DNA of 64,000 bases from the NCBI GenBank assembly GCA_965285935.1, contig OZ260661.1, forward strand, positions 82,584,001 to 82,648,000, in the 5' to 3' direction. The translations under genes were made by a program, and so were the position numbers. Below are positions 1 through 10,904 of the stretch, piece by piece. Below the pieces are notes generated by a model. It had not been told where the DNA came from. It did no database searches and saw only the letters and a program-made list of their open reading frames with translations. The DNA is from Ophelia neglecta (taxonomy: Eukaryota). Position 1 is the stretch's first letter. Each line of letters starts with the position of its first letter.

Positions 1-57
1 AAATGCTTTAAGAATTCTCCCTTCAATTAGGCGACAACCTTGCATGCCATAACAACG

Positions 58-3000
58 ATGCCCATCAAAGAGGAACCGTCGTGGATAGACATTAGGAGCA
101 AGCCACCACGGAAAGCCTCAAATCAAACCAGGGCTCAATGCACAGTTTGCGCGGACGAAGCAAGCGGCGTGTACTTCGGAGCTCTAGTCTGTCTGCCGTG
201 TAAAGTAAGTAGGCGCAATGTTACATGTAATGGGGAAAGAATCTTAATAAGTAGTAAACACATTTTTTAGTAAAAAAACAACAACAAAAAACACACGAAA
301 CTCAATGTTGTGAGAAGCAGTGATTTGTATTGCGGTAATGAAGGGGTATAACACGATAATATCATTTCAGCGACCTTTATTTTCATCTATTAGCCAAATC
401 ATGTAACACTATTATTGTGGTTCGAATATTCCCTTGATCATGATCCCCTTCTTATTAAATGGTTTACCAACTTTTATTTTGATTTGTGGCTGAAGTGCCA
501 ATATGAGGCAATTCCAGTCCAAAATGGTAGCCATGTTGGCTTTATGCAAATGAGACTGTTTGTGTCAAAGACCCATCTCTTTTATTTCGTTTTATTGCCT
601 AGTGTCCATTTAAAGAAGCTTCGCCGCTATGCTTTCCTCACGTTTAAATTGAAAATTAACAACTGTTGCTCTCTTAAGTCGAGTATGACGGTAATTTAAT
701 TTTAAGCAAACGACGTAAAGGGACATTATCCGTTTTTGTGACTTACTGCTTTTTTTATTTTTTCAACGGTCTTGTGAGTACTTATTTGCGCAATGCAATT
801 ATACATGGTTGAAAAGGGCAGCCATTGATAATGGGTACTCACGCCTTACGAACAGTTCCACTAAGGCCACAGTTTACATTGTAGCCTTTTGGTTTTCAAC
901 AGAGTTTCTTCATTCGGAGCACTAGAAATGGCCTTCCTATCTTCACGTGTCCAGAGAACCGAAAGTGTGACGTCAGTCGTCAGAACCGTTTGCGCTGCCA
1001 GAGCTGCCGTTATGACAGGTGTCTCCGCGTCGGAATGCGAAGAAAAGGTAAGCTTCAAGCAAACTACTACAATGCTTCTAATTCTGAGGCATCGTAGAAA
1101 AAACGTCTGCGGAATTGAGCTTCCCTTTTTAGTTTACCTCACCGAATGAATATATCGTATTTTTTACTTGTTTGTAATAATCTAGACTACTTTTCAAACA
1201 GTGAAATGGAAGAATATAATATTTAAAAGATCTATATACAATTTCGTAAATCTCGAGTTCACTTTTTCCTAGTTATAACACATCTAAGTTCCTAAATATT
1301 AGCGAACCGTAAGCGTATAGGCCTAATGTAGGCCAACGTGTATTTGGAGAGCAGTCAGTCTTCATTGCACAGTCTATAAGAGAAGTGAGGCTTATAGCCT
1401 ACTACCGTTTAATTATATAAGAGTACGTAGCTATTAAAACAAACTACTGTGTTTAAGTACTATAATCTTGTTTCAGAGAAGCCTGAAATAGTATATGCAA
1501 GGGAGGGCCAGGAATTGTGTAAGATTTGTGGAGACATTGCCAATGGCACCCACTTCGGTGTAGTTTCATGTGAAGGATGCAAGGTAGGTTTTTGCTTGCA
1601 ATAAGATGTATGTAAGAGATGGTTCGGAATTTGGTTGCAGGAGACATCTGGGAAAGGGGGGAAGCATAGGGTTAGGATTGGGGTTTATTGCATCCTAGAT
1701 AGGGGGTCTATAGTCCATGAGGATGTAATCTTTTCAACACATTCCTTCAGGGCGATGTTCCTCAATCCGAGCTTCGTTTAAAGTGTGCTTCCTTTGATGC
1801 AATTTTCATATAAGAGCGCAATTTCTTATCTGAGTGCCTCCTTGAGGAAGCCCTTTCTAATCTGATCGCGGTTCCTGTCGGAGGCTACCTGCTTGTCGGA
1901 CTCTGCTTTCTTTATTTGTTAACATGTCAGAGACACTTTCCTGTTCCCCTCGGACCCATCGCTATTAAGGCATGCTCCTTTGGTAGTGTACTTTCTTTGG
2001 AGCATGTTTCCTTTTCGGACATGCCTCTTGGGCTGCGATAGCCTATATTGTTGGGGAGGCTATTATCTGGCCCATAGGAGGAAAAGCTACTCCCCTCAAG
2101 ATGTGATGGTAAAAAATCATACACAACCTCTACCGCCCTCCACACAACTAGATAAGAAAAAGCTTGTTTAATAATCCATCTTATTATCATTTAGCTTATG
2201 TTTCTATTTACTGTCGTCCGTTTCTCCCCCATTAGAAGTTTTTCCGTCGAGGATTGGGTGAAGCTGATACCTATGTATGCAGATTTAACACAAAATGTGT
2301 AATCAACCCAAGAAATCGTAATGTGTGTCGTTACTGTCGATTCAGGAAATGTCTTGATGCAGGCATGTCTCGAGATGGTATGTTAAGAGTTTTTCCTCCT
2401 GCCACTAAGCATATAGTTTGATGCTCGAGGTATGGGATATTCGAATAACAGATAATTGTAACATGAGATATATCTATGCTACACTTTATACATGAATGAT
2501 AAAAATGACCAGCAATTACCATTTTTACTAGTTAGCAGTTTGTTCTGAGATAACATCGACAATACAGAAACGTGCTCTTGTTTTCAATTCACTTTTTAGC
2601 GATCCGTATGGGTAGGCCCAAAAATCCGGAAACCAATGGAAATGGCCAGCAAGGGTATAAGAAACACCAATATTTCTATGGAAAAAAGGTACAAACCGAC
2701 CAATGTATAAACATTGATGGTGGAAACATGAACGATGAAATGGAGAGCGACAAAGCGATGTTTATGCAATACGAGAAACCATCTTGTATTTATCAGTCAA
2801 TCCCGAACCCCGACTACATGAATATGCTAAATAAAAGGTTTGGAAACCACAGCGTTTGGATGGAAGATAGTGTTTTTACTTCCGGTGCCATCAGTATTGA
2901 GTCCACGTGTTATGATAATAACCAATGGCAGAACTCGCCCGGTGAGCCGGGGTATTTGTCACTGCCAGACAAAAGCACGGAAAACACACCGCCGGAGTCT

Positions 3001-5542
3001 GCCGGATGTCACGTGCTACCTACCATCGAAATAGACGAGATGGAAAGCATATTACAAAATCTAGAAAACCCTTACGCAACAACAGAACAGCCTAGAGATA
3101 TGGGAAACCCTGTGCAGCTCGTCGAACATTGTAGTATGCGACCTATTCATGGACAACTGCTTACCATGGACATCTGCTCAGGCAGGGGTCAGAGAGACAG
3201 TAGCGGATATTCCTCTTCAGACAGCCCATCTTCTCACGGCAGCCCCTTCTCAAATGACAGCCCATATCACACCCAGGACGAATACAATACAGTGTTTGAG
3301 TTTCCCAGCACTGGGAATGCATGTCGTGCAACATCCTCCCCACAGTATATGTTTGATCTGGAGGGCGCTGGCAGTATTTTCAGTCATTCTAACCGCGAAT
3401 TTCAGTTGGCGGAATGCAATATCGGGTCTTCAAGTTACCTCAATGTTAAGGAAATTCCCTCCTCCCACAACTCTCCACTCGGCTCACGGCCAAGGTCGGC
3501 AGTCGTCGACATGCTTGACACTGCCCTGCACAACTTCATCGATAACCACAGCGGTTTTATAGATGATTGCGGATCAGAGAATAAACCCAAGGAATCACTC
3601 ACTGCCAGTTCTGCCCTCAGTAAGGCCGAGCTAGTGAAGAGGAAGAAACGCCAGACACTGGAAAGAGTCAACAAGAATCTGTGCTGTTTCGACAGAAAAT
3701 ATTGGTACCGCGAATCCAAACTACCAAAAGGCAATGGGGTCTTCATACTTTCCCCAGCTCAAAAGGAAGTGGTCGACAAATTGCTTGAAAGCTACAAGGA
3801 GCTATTTGAATTATCACCTATGTTGGACAAAGTTTCGACATCCACATCTACTATTGACGACAGTAATACATCGGTTCGTTTATGACTGCTATATTCTTAT
3901 CAAACATCAAATTTCAACTTGTATACTGGATGTCGATTATCCTTTTTTCAAATTATGTAAGTTTATGCAATGCGCTTCTACTCTATAGAGAAAAAACGAT
4001 GAAGCGTATAAGACGAACAGACGACCCAAACTCGGTGTCTTTCTGAGAATGATGATCCCTTTAATACGGTACACCCTGGAATTACCAGGCATGGCACCAT
4101 TAAGGAATGTTTCGAAATGTTCCTTTAATTTGGAAATATTAAACAATGTCATTAACGATAAAAATAAATAACTGTTATATTTGAATGTTAAAGCCATTTC
4201 AACTCCTTACAAAGATATTCATCGAACCATGAAATTTTATACACTTCTTTTGAGTACGTAGCGTATTAACTCATTCTCTTTCTGTATATGCTAATGCCGT
4301 TTTATCAATGATAGGGATAAAATCTCTTTCACAAATGGACAAACATACTTTAATCCGCAAAGGAATATTTCACCTGATGATACTTTTGAAGTCCATGGAA
4401 AATTCGGGTCAAGAAAGCTCTCGGTTTGAGACAATATGGGGTCTTAGGATACCTCATAAACATCCTGCTTATCATATCAAAAAAGAATTGCAGAAAATTG
4501 GAAGAGACATAGACCAATTGGAACTTGACCGCATAGAGAAGGCCCTTATGTGTGCTCTGTCTGTCATAGCTGCAGGTAAATTTGACAGTGCCATTTTCTT
4601 TTGGGCTAATTATGAAAGGCGCTGGCGCGGCGGTCAGAGATAGAAAAGAAGAACTGTTATATAAGTGTGTCGCCAGTGTTGGGTTGAGAAGCCGCTAAGA
4701 TTAATTTTACAGTAGTGAAAGTGTAAAACAGTACTGGAATCAATCCATTGTAGGGATACTAATGTCAGGAACCGCTGTATCCATAATGCCTCTGCGCCTA
4801 CGCCTTTTATTTTCTTTGGACAAAATTCCCACTCCATAAACCTTTTTCAAAAGGGTGGAATTAATAAATTTGACTTGGCTTTGCCCAAACTCATATGGCA
4901 AATCACTGTCCTCAATGTGAAAGAATGACGAAACACATCTCAGACGTGTTGTTGATTATCAAACAAATATATTTACACGTGTATTGTTTACAGACTGGAA
5001 AAACCTGAGAGAGAAAGAGAAAGTAGCAGCTTTAAGGAAACCCATCCTTGACATCTATTATTCTTACATACAAGGTAACATTTTGCCAGCATTCTCGGAC
5101 CTATCTATTTATTAAGAACAGAAAGTCACCGGTATAGAGATGGGACTTACCATGACACCAAATAAGTAGTATCAATAAAAACAAAAACGGAAATGGATAT
5201 CCGGCAGACGGAGCAAATTCATCAAAACTGGTCCATTACTTACATAGGTCAGAAATCACCAGGAACCGTCAGCTGCAGACCCACAACTATAATTTGCATG
5301 CATCCTGAATCATGTGTTCATTGGCCTTCAGTCATTTGAACAGATATATTATTTCCTTCGTTTCGTTCTTAGGTAAATTTCCTAAGTCAGCCAAAAGGCT
5401 TGTCAGCGTAATGAAGACAATGACCAAAATCCGGGAGCTGTCGGCGTTCAGCGACCACTTTATCAGCCTTGTCCCGACCGAAGATTTTATGGACAATGAT
5501 TTGTCCCAGAGACTTGAAGAACTGGAAATAAAAGACAGCTGA
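58..5542 (+). CDS. Nuclear receptor with two tandem DNA-binding domains (2DBD-NR), ~808 aa, 9 coding exons
   Basis: Exons: 58(or 31)-204, 903-1047, 1477-1583, 2236-2377, 2600-3873, 3989-4088, 4315-4575, 4994-5074, 5373-5542; phases join into one ORF. DBD1: CTVC-x13-CLPCK|SFFIRS...CPENRKC-x9[14 protein letters not shown]. DBD2: CKIC-x13-CEGCK|KFFRRG...CRFNTKC-x9[17 protein letters not shown]|[11 protein letters not shown]: IRYTLELPG|[13 protein letters not shown] (H3-H5 signature), [19 protein letters not shown]|[17 protein letters not shown]. An AG at 29-30 suggests an upstream exon outside the window. The exon 5 donor could be 3831 or 3873. Confidence 0.93.
1685..2160 (-). mobile_element. 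Possible highly decayed non-LTR retrotransposon 3' fragment in NR intron 3
   Basis: Minus-strand reading with in-frame stops (VYDFLPS...; KGFLKEALR*...[13 protein letters not shown]...*) ends at an AATAAA. It loosely resembles the C-terminus of restriction-endonuclease-type non-LTR ORFs; similarity by eye only. Confidence 0.2.
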
Positions 5543-5934
5543 AGAGCTGATAATAAGGCAGAAACAAAATAACTGCGATATAGTATTTTGTAGGCTTTAC
5601 TTTGATTGTCAATGTAAGTTTTTCGAAAAAACCATTTGTGTGTTCGCCTATTTTGTTTCGGAACAGAGGTTTGTCAGATGTCTTATCTGTGCCTATATTG
5701 TTGCCTTTTTAACAAATATTTACGCTTGCTTAATTATAATATAAATATGCCCCACTATACATAGGTATTTGATAAGGCTCCACTGGGCATTGGTATTTGA
5801 TAAGACTGCATCATGTTCAAGTTATGGAACAAACAAATTGGAAATTTGGTCATGGTCATCCATTACTGTACAGAAACCTGTAGATAAGGGAGTTTTAAAA
5901 AAGCCTTTTAAAGCTAGATAGCCAGTCCCAGGGT

Positions 5935-6215
5935 ATCAAGAGAAGTACGGGCCCGAGGACGGGTCCCTGGGGGACCCCCCACGGAAGATGCACTGAATCT
6001 GATTGGACAGCTCCGATTCTAACAGACTGCCGGCAATACCCTTGACACTTAACATGGTTTCAATTCTAAGCAGAATGATATGGTCAATGGTGTCAAAGGC
6101 AGACCTTAAACCAAGGAGCACAAGAATAACAATGCCCTACTCATCTATGGTTGTAAGAATGCGGAGTAGACCCGTCTCCGCGGAGTGTCCAGGCTTGTAA
6201 GTTGACTGGAGGGGC
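5935..6215 (-). mobile_element. Degenerate CR1/L2-clade LINE reverse transcriptase fragment
   Basis: Minus strand carries RT motifs in the correct order, with deletions and a frameshift: QSTYKPGHSAETGLL (cf. QSAYRxxHSTETALL), LLGLRSAFDTIDHIILL (cf. LLDLSAAFDTxDHxILL) and GVPQGPVLGPVL (cf. GVPQGSVLGP). Confidence 0.85.
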
Positions 6216-7600
6216 GCATGCAGACCGCTAGTACACCTGGGAGAGTGGGAGCCGATCAGCAACCACTCTCTCGACGATTTTTGAGACGAAAGATAAATTG
6301 CTCACAGGTCTGTAATTATTTAGGTTGTTGGGGTCAGTTTCCTTCAAAAGAGGCGCTACATCAGGCCTCTTCGAATATCATAGCAGTCGGTACATCTCCA
6401 GATGCGAATAAGGAGTTTATTATAAGGGTGCACGTTGGCAATACTGCACCAATTGCTTATTTGAAAAGCCAAGAAGGCACTGGATCACGGAAGAACATGT
6501 GGATGATGGTGAAATCCCAATGAGTGAATGAGTGATGAAACGGGAAACAGGAACTAAATTGAAATCAATAAGTAAGGAGTAGGCAAAAAGGAGGCCAATT
6601 TGTCTGGAATTAAGATACGTTTATCTAGTGGTGAAGCAGGTACCTACTTGACACGAATAGGTGAGGAAGTAGGAATCAATTTCCGTTACTGTTCTGTCGC
6701 CTCTCTCGAGACAGTATTTTCGTCCCACTCACCTACCAGATTTTCATAAAATACGCTTTCCTTCTATCACCTATGCTTAACTACTTTGATCTTGTTCAAC
6801 TTTGATAGAACGTGTGAAAGGTCTCTGGTATTTTCTGATTCAATTTAAGTAGTGGTGCCACTGCCAATTGAATACCAGATATGACAGACACTTGGTTCCC
6901 CATATAGGGCCGTCTCAGGCATTTTTCCTATTGGCTTAGTAAATTCTGTCCGCCAAAACGGTTTCTTGTTTCCTTCATTTTTCTGGTATATTTATTTTTT
7001 GGTGACTGGGTTGGGAATTACATAATATATGTATCTAAACAACATAGCATTTTTATTAAACAGTTTAACTGTTTTCATGCTTATTCAATGCCTAGCGGTA
7101 ATGGCATTGCCTTCAGTGGCACCTGGTTTTGTTAGCCTAGGGTAGTGTGTCTCACAACCACAGCTTCTGTATAGGCAAGCAGGTTATCAGGGTGACTTTA
7201 TCACCATTAATTACCTATAATTTGGCCTACTATAATGGTAAAAGCGGCGTATGGCTTAATATTGAACGAATGAGATGATTGTGATAATTGTCGTCCATAC
7301 ATAGGTGTAAATGTGAATTTAATCGATTCTAAATAGCCTGAACCACACAAGCCACATAACTACTTACGTGCAAATTAAGCATAGTCTATGTATTGTTATT
7401 GTTTTAATATCATTGTTTATCAAAATTTGAAATCATAATATACACAGAAAAAAATATCCCTTTACTATTTAACTTTAGAATATTAATTCAAACCATTCTT
7501 AAGTGATTAAGTTCTGCTTTAGGATACGGAATAGATAGAGCCAATACTTGTAGAATGGTCTTAAAGTTTTAATTACTATCGAATCACAGTAATGAACATT

Positions 7601-9051
7601 TTAGTTAACTATTCCCGCGCGACTTAATTTGGTGGAGATCAAAGCATCCAGTTGAGGTTCGGCAATCTTGAATGGAAAAATATTTCTTCTGTCGGAAAAA
7701 GGCACAAATGAGATATCATTCTGATCCAGCTGCTTGAACGTTGGCTTTCCAGATAGAGGAATGAAATGATTTGCTGCTAAATTCATAATTAATTGTGGCT
7801 TCACGAATAAATTCACTTTGCTGCCAATATTAGAGGACAACCTAAACCCTCCATTCTCATCAATTGCACTTTCAAAGGAACCTGACCGAACCAGCTGCTT
7901 CAAATTGTGAAATTTCGTGCCAAATGCTGGCCACTGATCATGTGATGTTACGAGAACATAGCGATATTTCATCATATTGGTATATAGACAGTGGTTCATT
8001 GCAGCCTCATCGCTCACAATTGCTTCTGTCTGCTCGGCTACGACGGTCCAATTGGTTATGGTCAACAGTCTAAATGTCTCGTTTTGATAAAATTCAATAA
8101 CCTTCTGCAAGGTCTCGGATATATTAGTGGTGTAAAGATTTACATGATCCGCTCCTAGGAGCCGAAGATACTCGAGCCACATAGCAAAATTACGAGAGTT
8201 TCCCTCTTCGTAGTGACCAGCCATGTTATAAGGTCTTACACAAATCCCTACATCCCACATAGGAGCCATAACTCCCTGAAAAGTCAACTGATTGAGGGAT
8301 AAAAGGTTATGGCTGAATCCACATTGATCATGCGCCAACATCACCTGCACGGGGTCGTCATGTTGTTGAACAGGGCAAGAGAACGCCAGAACATCCATCA
8401 ACGACTTCCGGCTTTCAACTGAGAAAAGAAACCGAAGACATGGTAATCAAAAGCAGTATTTTGTTCACACACAAAAATGCAATATTTCTTACTGATTATA
8501 TTTTACCTACCTGGTGCATAATCTGAACCATTTCCTGCCAACAAAATGACTGAATAAGCGGGAACACTACATATATTAGCAGGCGAACTTTCACAATTGT
8601 AATTACAGTACAGTTGGGCACCTGGGTTTAATCCGATGGCGAGTAGCCTGATGAACTTTTGGTCACTTAGCCGATCGTCCACGTGACCGGATATTGCATG
8701 AACATTGGTGCTTCCAAGAGTTTGATACAATCCTACATGGCGGACTGGTAGACCACCAATGTTATGAAGTTCAAACGCAGAGCCAGAACAAATCTTACGA
8801 TCTCTACTCTTAGGTAGAATGGTGAGCTTGTATAAAAGTCCTTTTACGTAACTAGAAAACGGTATTTTTAGACTGTTTTTCCAATAGTAAAGCTCTTCGC
8901 CAACTGCCAGCTCCGTGTTATGACTTGTGTGGTAGTTTGTAAGTAATAGCTGTATCCCTAAACACATGCCAACCACGAATGCCACTTGAAAGTTACATAA
9001 AAACTTCTTGGTATACAGGATCATAGCCCTTGTTGAAATATTCCGCAACAT
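7601..9051 (-). CDS. Glycosyltransferase family 92 (DUF23, galt-1-like) type II membrane protein, ~452 aa, 2 coding exons
   Basis: Exons 9051-8511 and 8418-7601 join through a 92-bp GT-AG phase-1 intron. N-terminal signal anchor (VAFVVGMCLGIQLLL). GT92-like motifs: GICVRP, FAMWLEYLRLLGADHVNLY, LQKVIEFY, AMNHCLY..MMKYRYVLV. Confidence 0.8.
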
Positions 9052-10055
9052 ATTCTCAGAAACTTAAACCTGCATAATATTTTCGGCTATTTCGCAGTTT
9101 GTTTTGCACAGGTCGTGTCGTCCTGATAACCTTAACACAGTTGTTCTAAAAAGTATATGCACATGCAGGTGCATGGTGATTTTTCACATTTTATACGGCC
9201 AGATGCCTGGAGGCGGCGCCATATAAACGGCTGCAGTGCTACTCGATGTCAGTAACAAGCGCGTAACAGGCAGCCAGAATGTAGCAGATATAAACCTATA
9301 ACAAAATTCAGAGTTACTTCCATTGCGAACTGTCACTAGGCCTATATTCAACATATTCAGTATTAAACGGTGCCTATTTTGGTTTTTATCGGCTAGTTCG
9401 TAGTAGGTCGTTGTGCCTTTGAACAAAGAAACTTTGATCTTTGCCTAGCCTATTTCCTAAGTATGCATGAAGATATGGTCTCACAGGAAGTGAATATTTG
9501 TAAAGTGAACATTGTAAGCAATATCTACATAGGATATTATGCGTGGATTATGAAGTTTAATATCATGCTTTTACCATGCTACTAGGCGTAATTTTAGCTA
9601 CCTCGAAGGGGTCACCCAGCTTCTAAGTCAAACAGGAAAAAGTAGATGAAGATGGTATTCTTTTTCGTCTCAGTTAATTAGCTTAATAATTAAAAACAAT
9701 TTCTTATCATTCTAATTTCCCAACAAATATTTTTATATCTTACACTTCCAGAAATATTATAATGGCCGCAAACAGGAAAATTAATGACATGTGCTATCCA
9801 CTAGGATAAAACAGATCAATTATTAGCCAATCAGTCGCATGGTTCTTGATAATATGTCAAATCAATGTCTACCAATAAGAGTCCACCTCACGATCAGGTA
9901 TGATTTTAGTTTGGCCTGATTGATAAATTTCAGTACTCATTTAATTGGCCAAATCCAATAAGGAACAAGTGGTTTGTTGGAATGCAGATTAATCTAAATC
10001 GTTTCGGTTGTTGAATATATGTATTCATGAGCCTAAGTAAACGCGAAAATATCAT

Positions 10056-10293
10056 GGTAACGGAGTTGACATTGTAACGGAGTACGCTTGTGTCAAAATA
10101 CCGATACATGCAAGTAATGTATGAAATATAAGCATTTGAGAATACCATTATGACAAATGCATCTTTTACTCTATAGGTATTTTGTACTTTTTATTTAAGG
10201 AAAGCTTTAAGATGCTCTCCAATAATTGATTTTGTCCACTCCGTTACCCTTGAAGCACTAAAAGAGTGGACGGTATATGTCCACTCCGTTACC
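10056..10293. repeat. Short direct and inverted repeats of TGTCCACTCCGTTACC; probable DNA-transposon terminal remnant
   Basis: Exact 16-mer at 10233-10248 and 10278-10293; inverted near-copy GGTAACGGAGTTGACA at 10056-10071. Confidence 0.55.
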
Positions 10294-10833
10294 TAACCAG
10301 TCAATTAGATAATGGCACAGTCAAAATGTATGGATTTTAATAAAATTCAGTATAGGGGATGAATAAAAGTTTCTATTAAATAAGGTCTTCAATGTAATCA
10401 TTCACCTCTTAACTATCTAAACTTTCTACCCCGGGCATCTACTGCTGGGGCGGGTTTCTCAATAGACTTGGTGATCTGCTGAGTGATGCATGAAAATCAA
10501 AGACTATACCGCGATCCTTTTAGTGATAAATCTGCTTAAAGTCGTGTTAACAAGCACATGTTCATTATAGAAACTTATAGACCCAAATAGTCTTGATATA
10601 TGGAAATGTTTCTTGAAAAAATGAATGAATGAACTGTTAAGCCATTGTGAGCTTCAAGTACATCAACTAGTTGTTCCTCTATATAGTTGGTCTAGTTGTT
10701 TTTCTCTCGGAATGCATTACATGACCGACGCCCTACAGAACCTACAGATATACAGAATCTGATATAGGTTTAATTCCGCATTCCCAGGCACTTTGTATAC
10801 ACCGCTGTATCCATGCTATTAGTTAAGTTCAAA

Positions 10834-10904
10834 CTCTTAGAGTAGAGGCCTTCGGAATGATCACCCGTTGCGGGTGATCATTCCGAAGGCCTCTACTCTA
10901 AGAG
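10834..10904. repeat. Perfect inverted repeat: 34-bp arms, 3-nt loop
   Basis: CTCTTAGAGTAGAGGCCTTCGGAATGATCACCCG (10834-10867), loop TTG, exact reverse complement (10871-10904). Confidence 0.97.

Noticed and set aside
861-1149. ORF-track entries 889-1149 (+) and 861-1058 (-)
   Set aside because: Wrong-frame or antisense shadows of the real DBD1 exon (903-1047).
2840-4197. Several overlapping ORFs in the NR hinge and LBD region
   Set aside because: Alternative-frame or antisense shadows of coding exons; no recognisable domains.
6218-6523. 101-aa ORF next to the LINE fragment
   Set aside because: No motif, splice context or recognisable homology.
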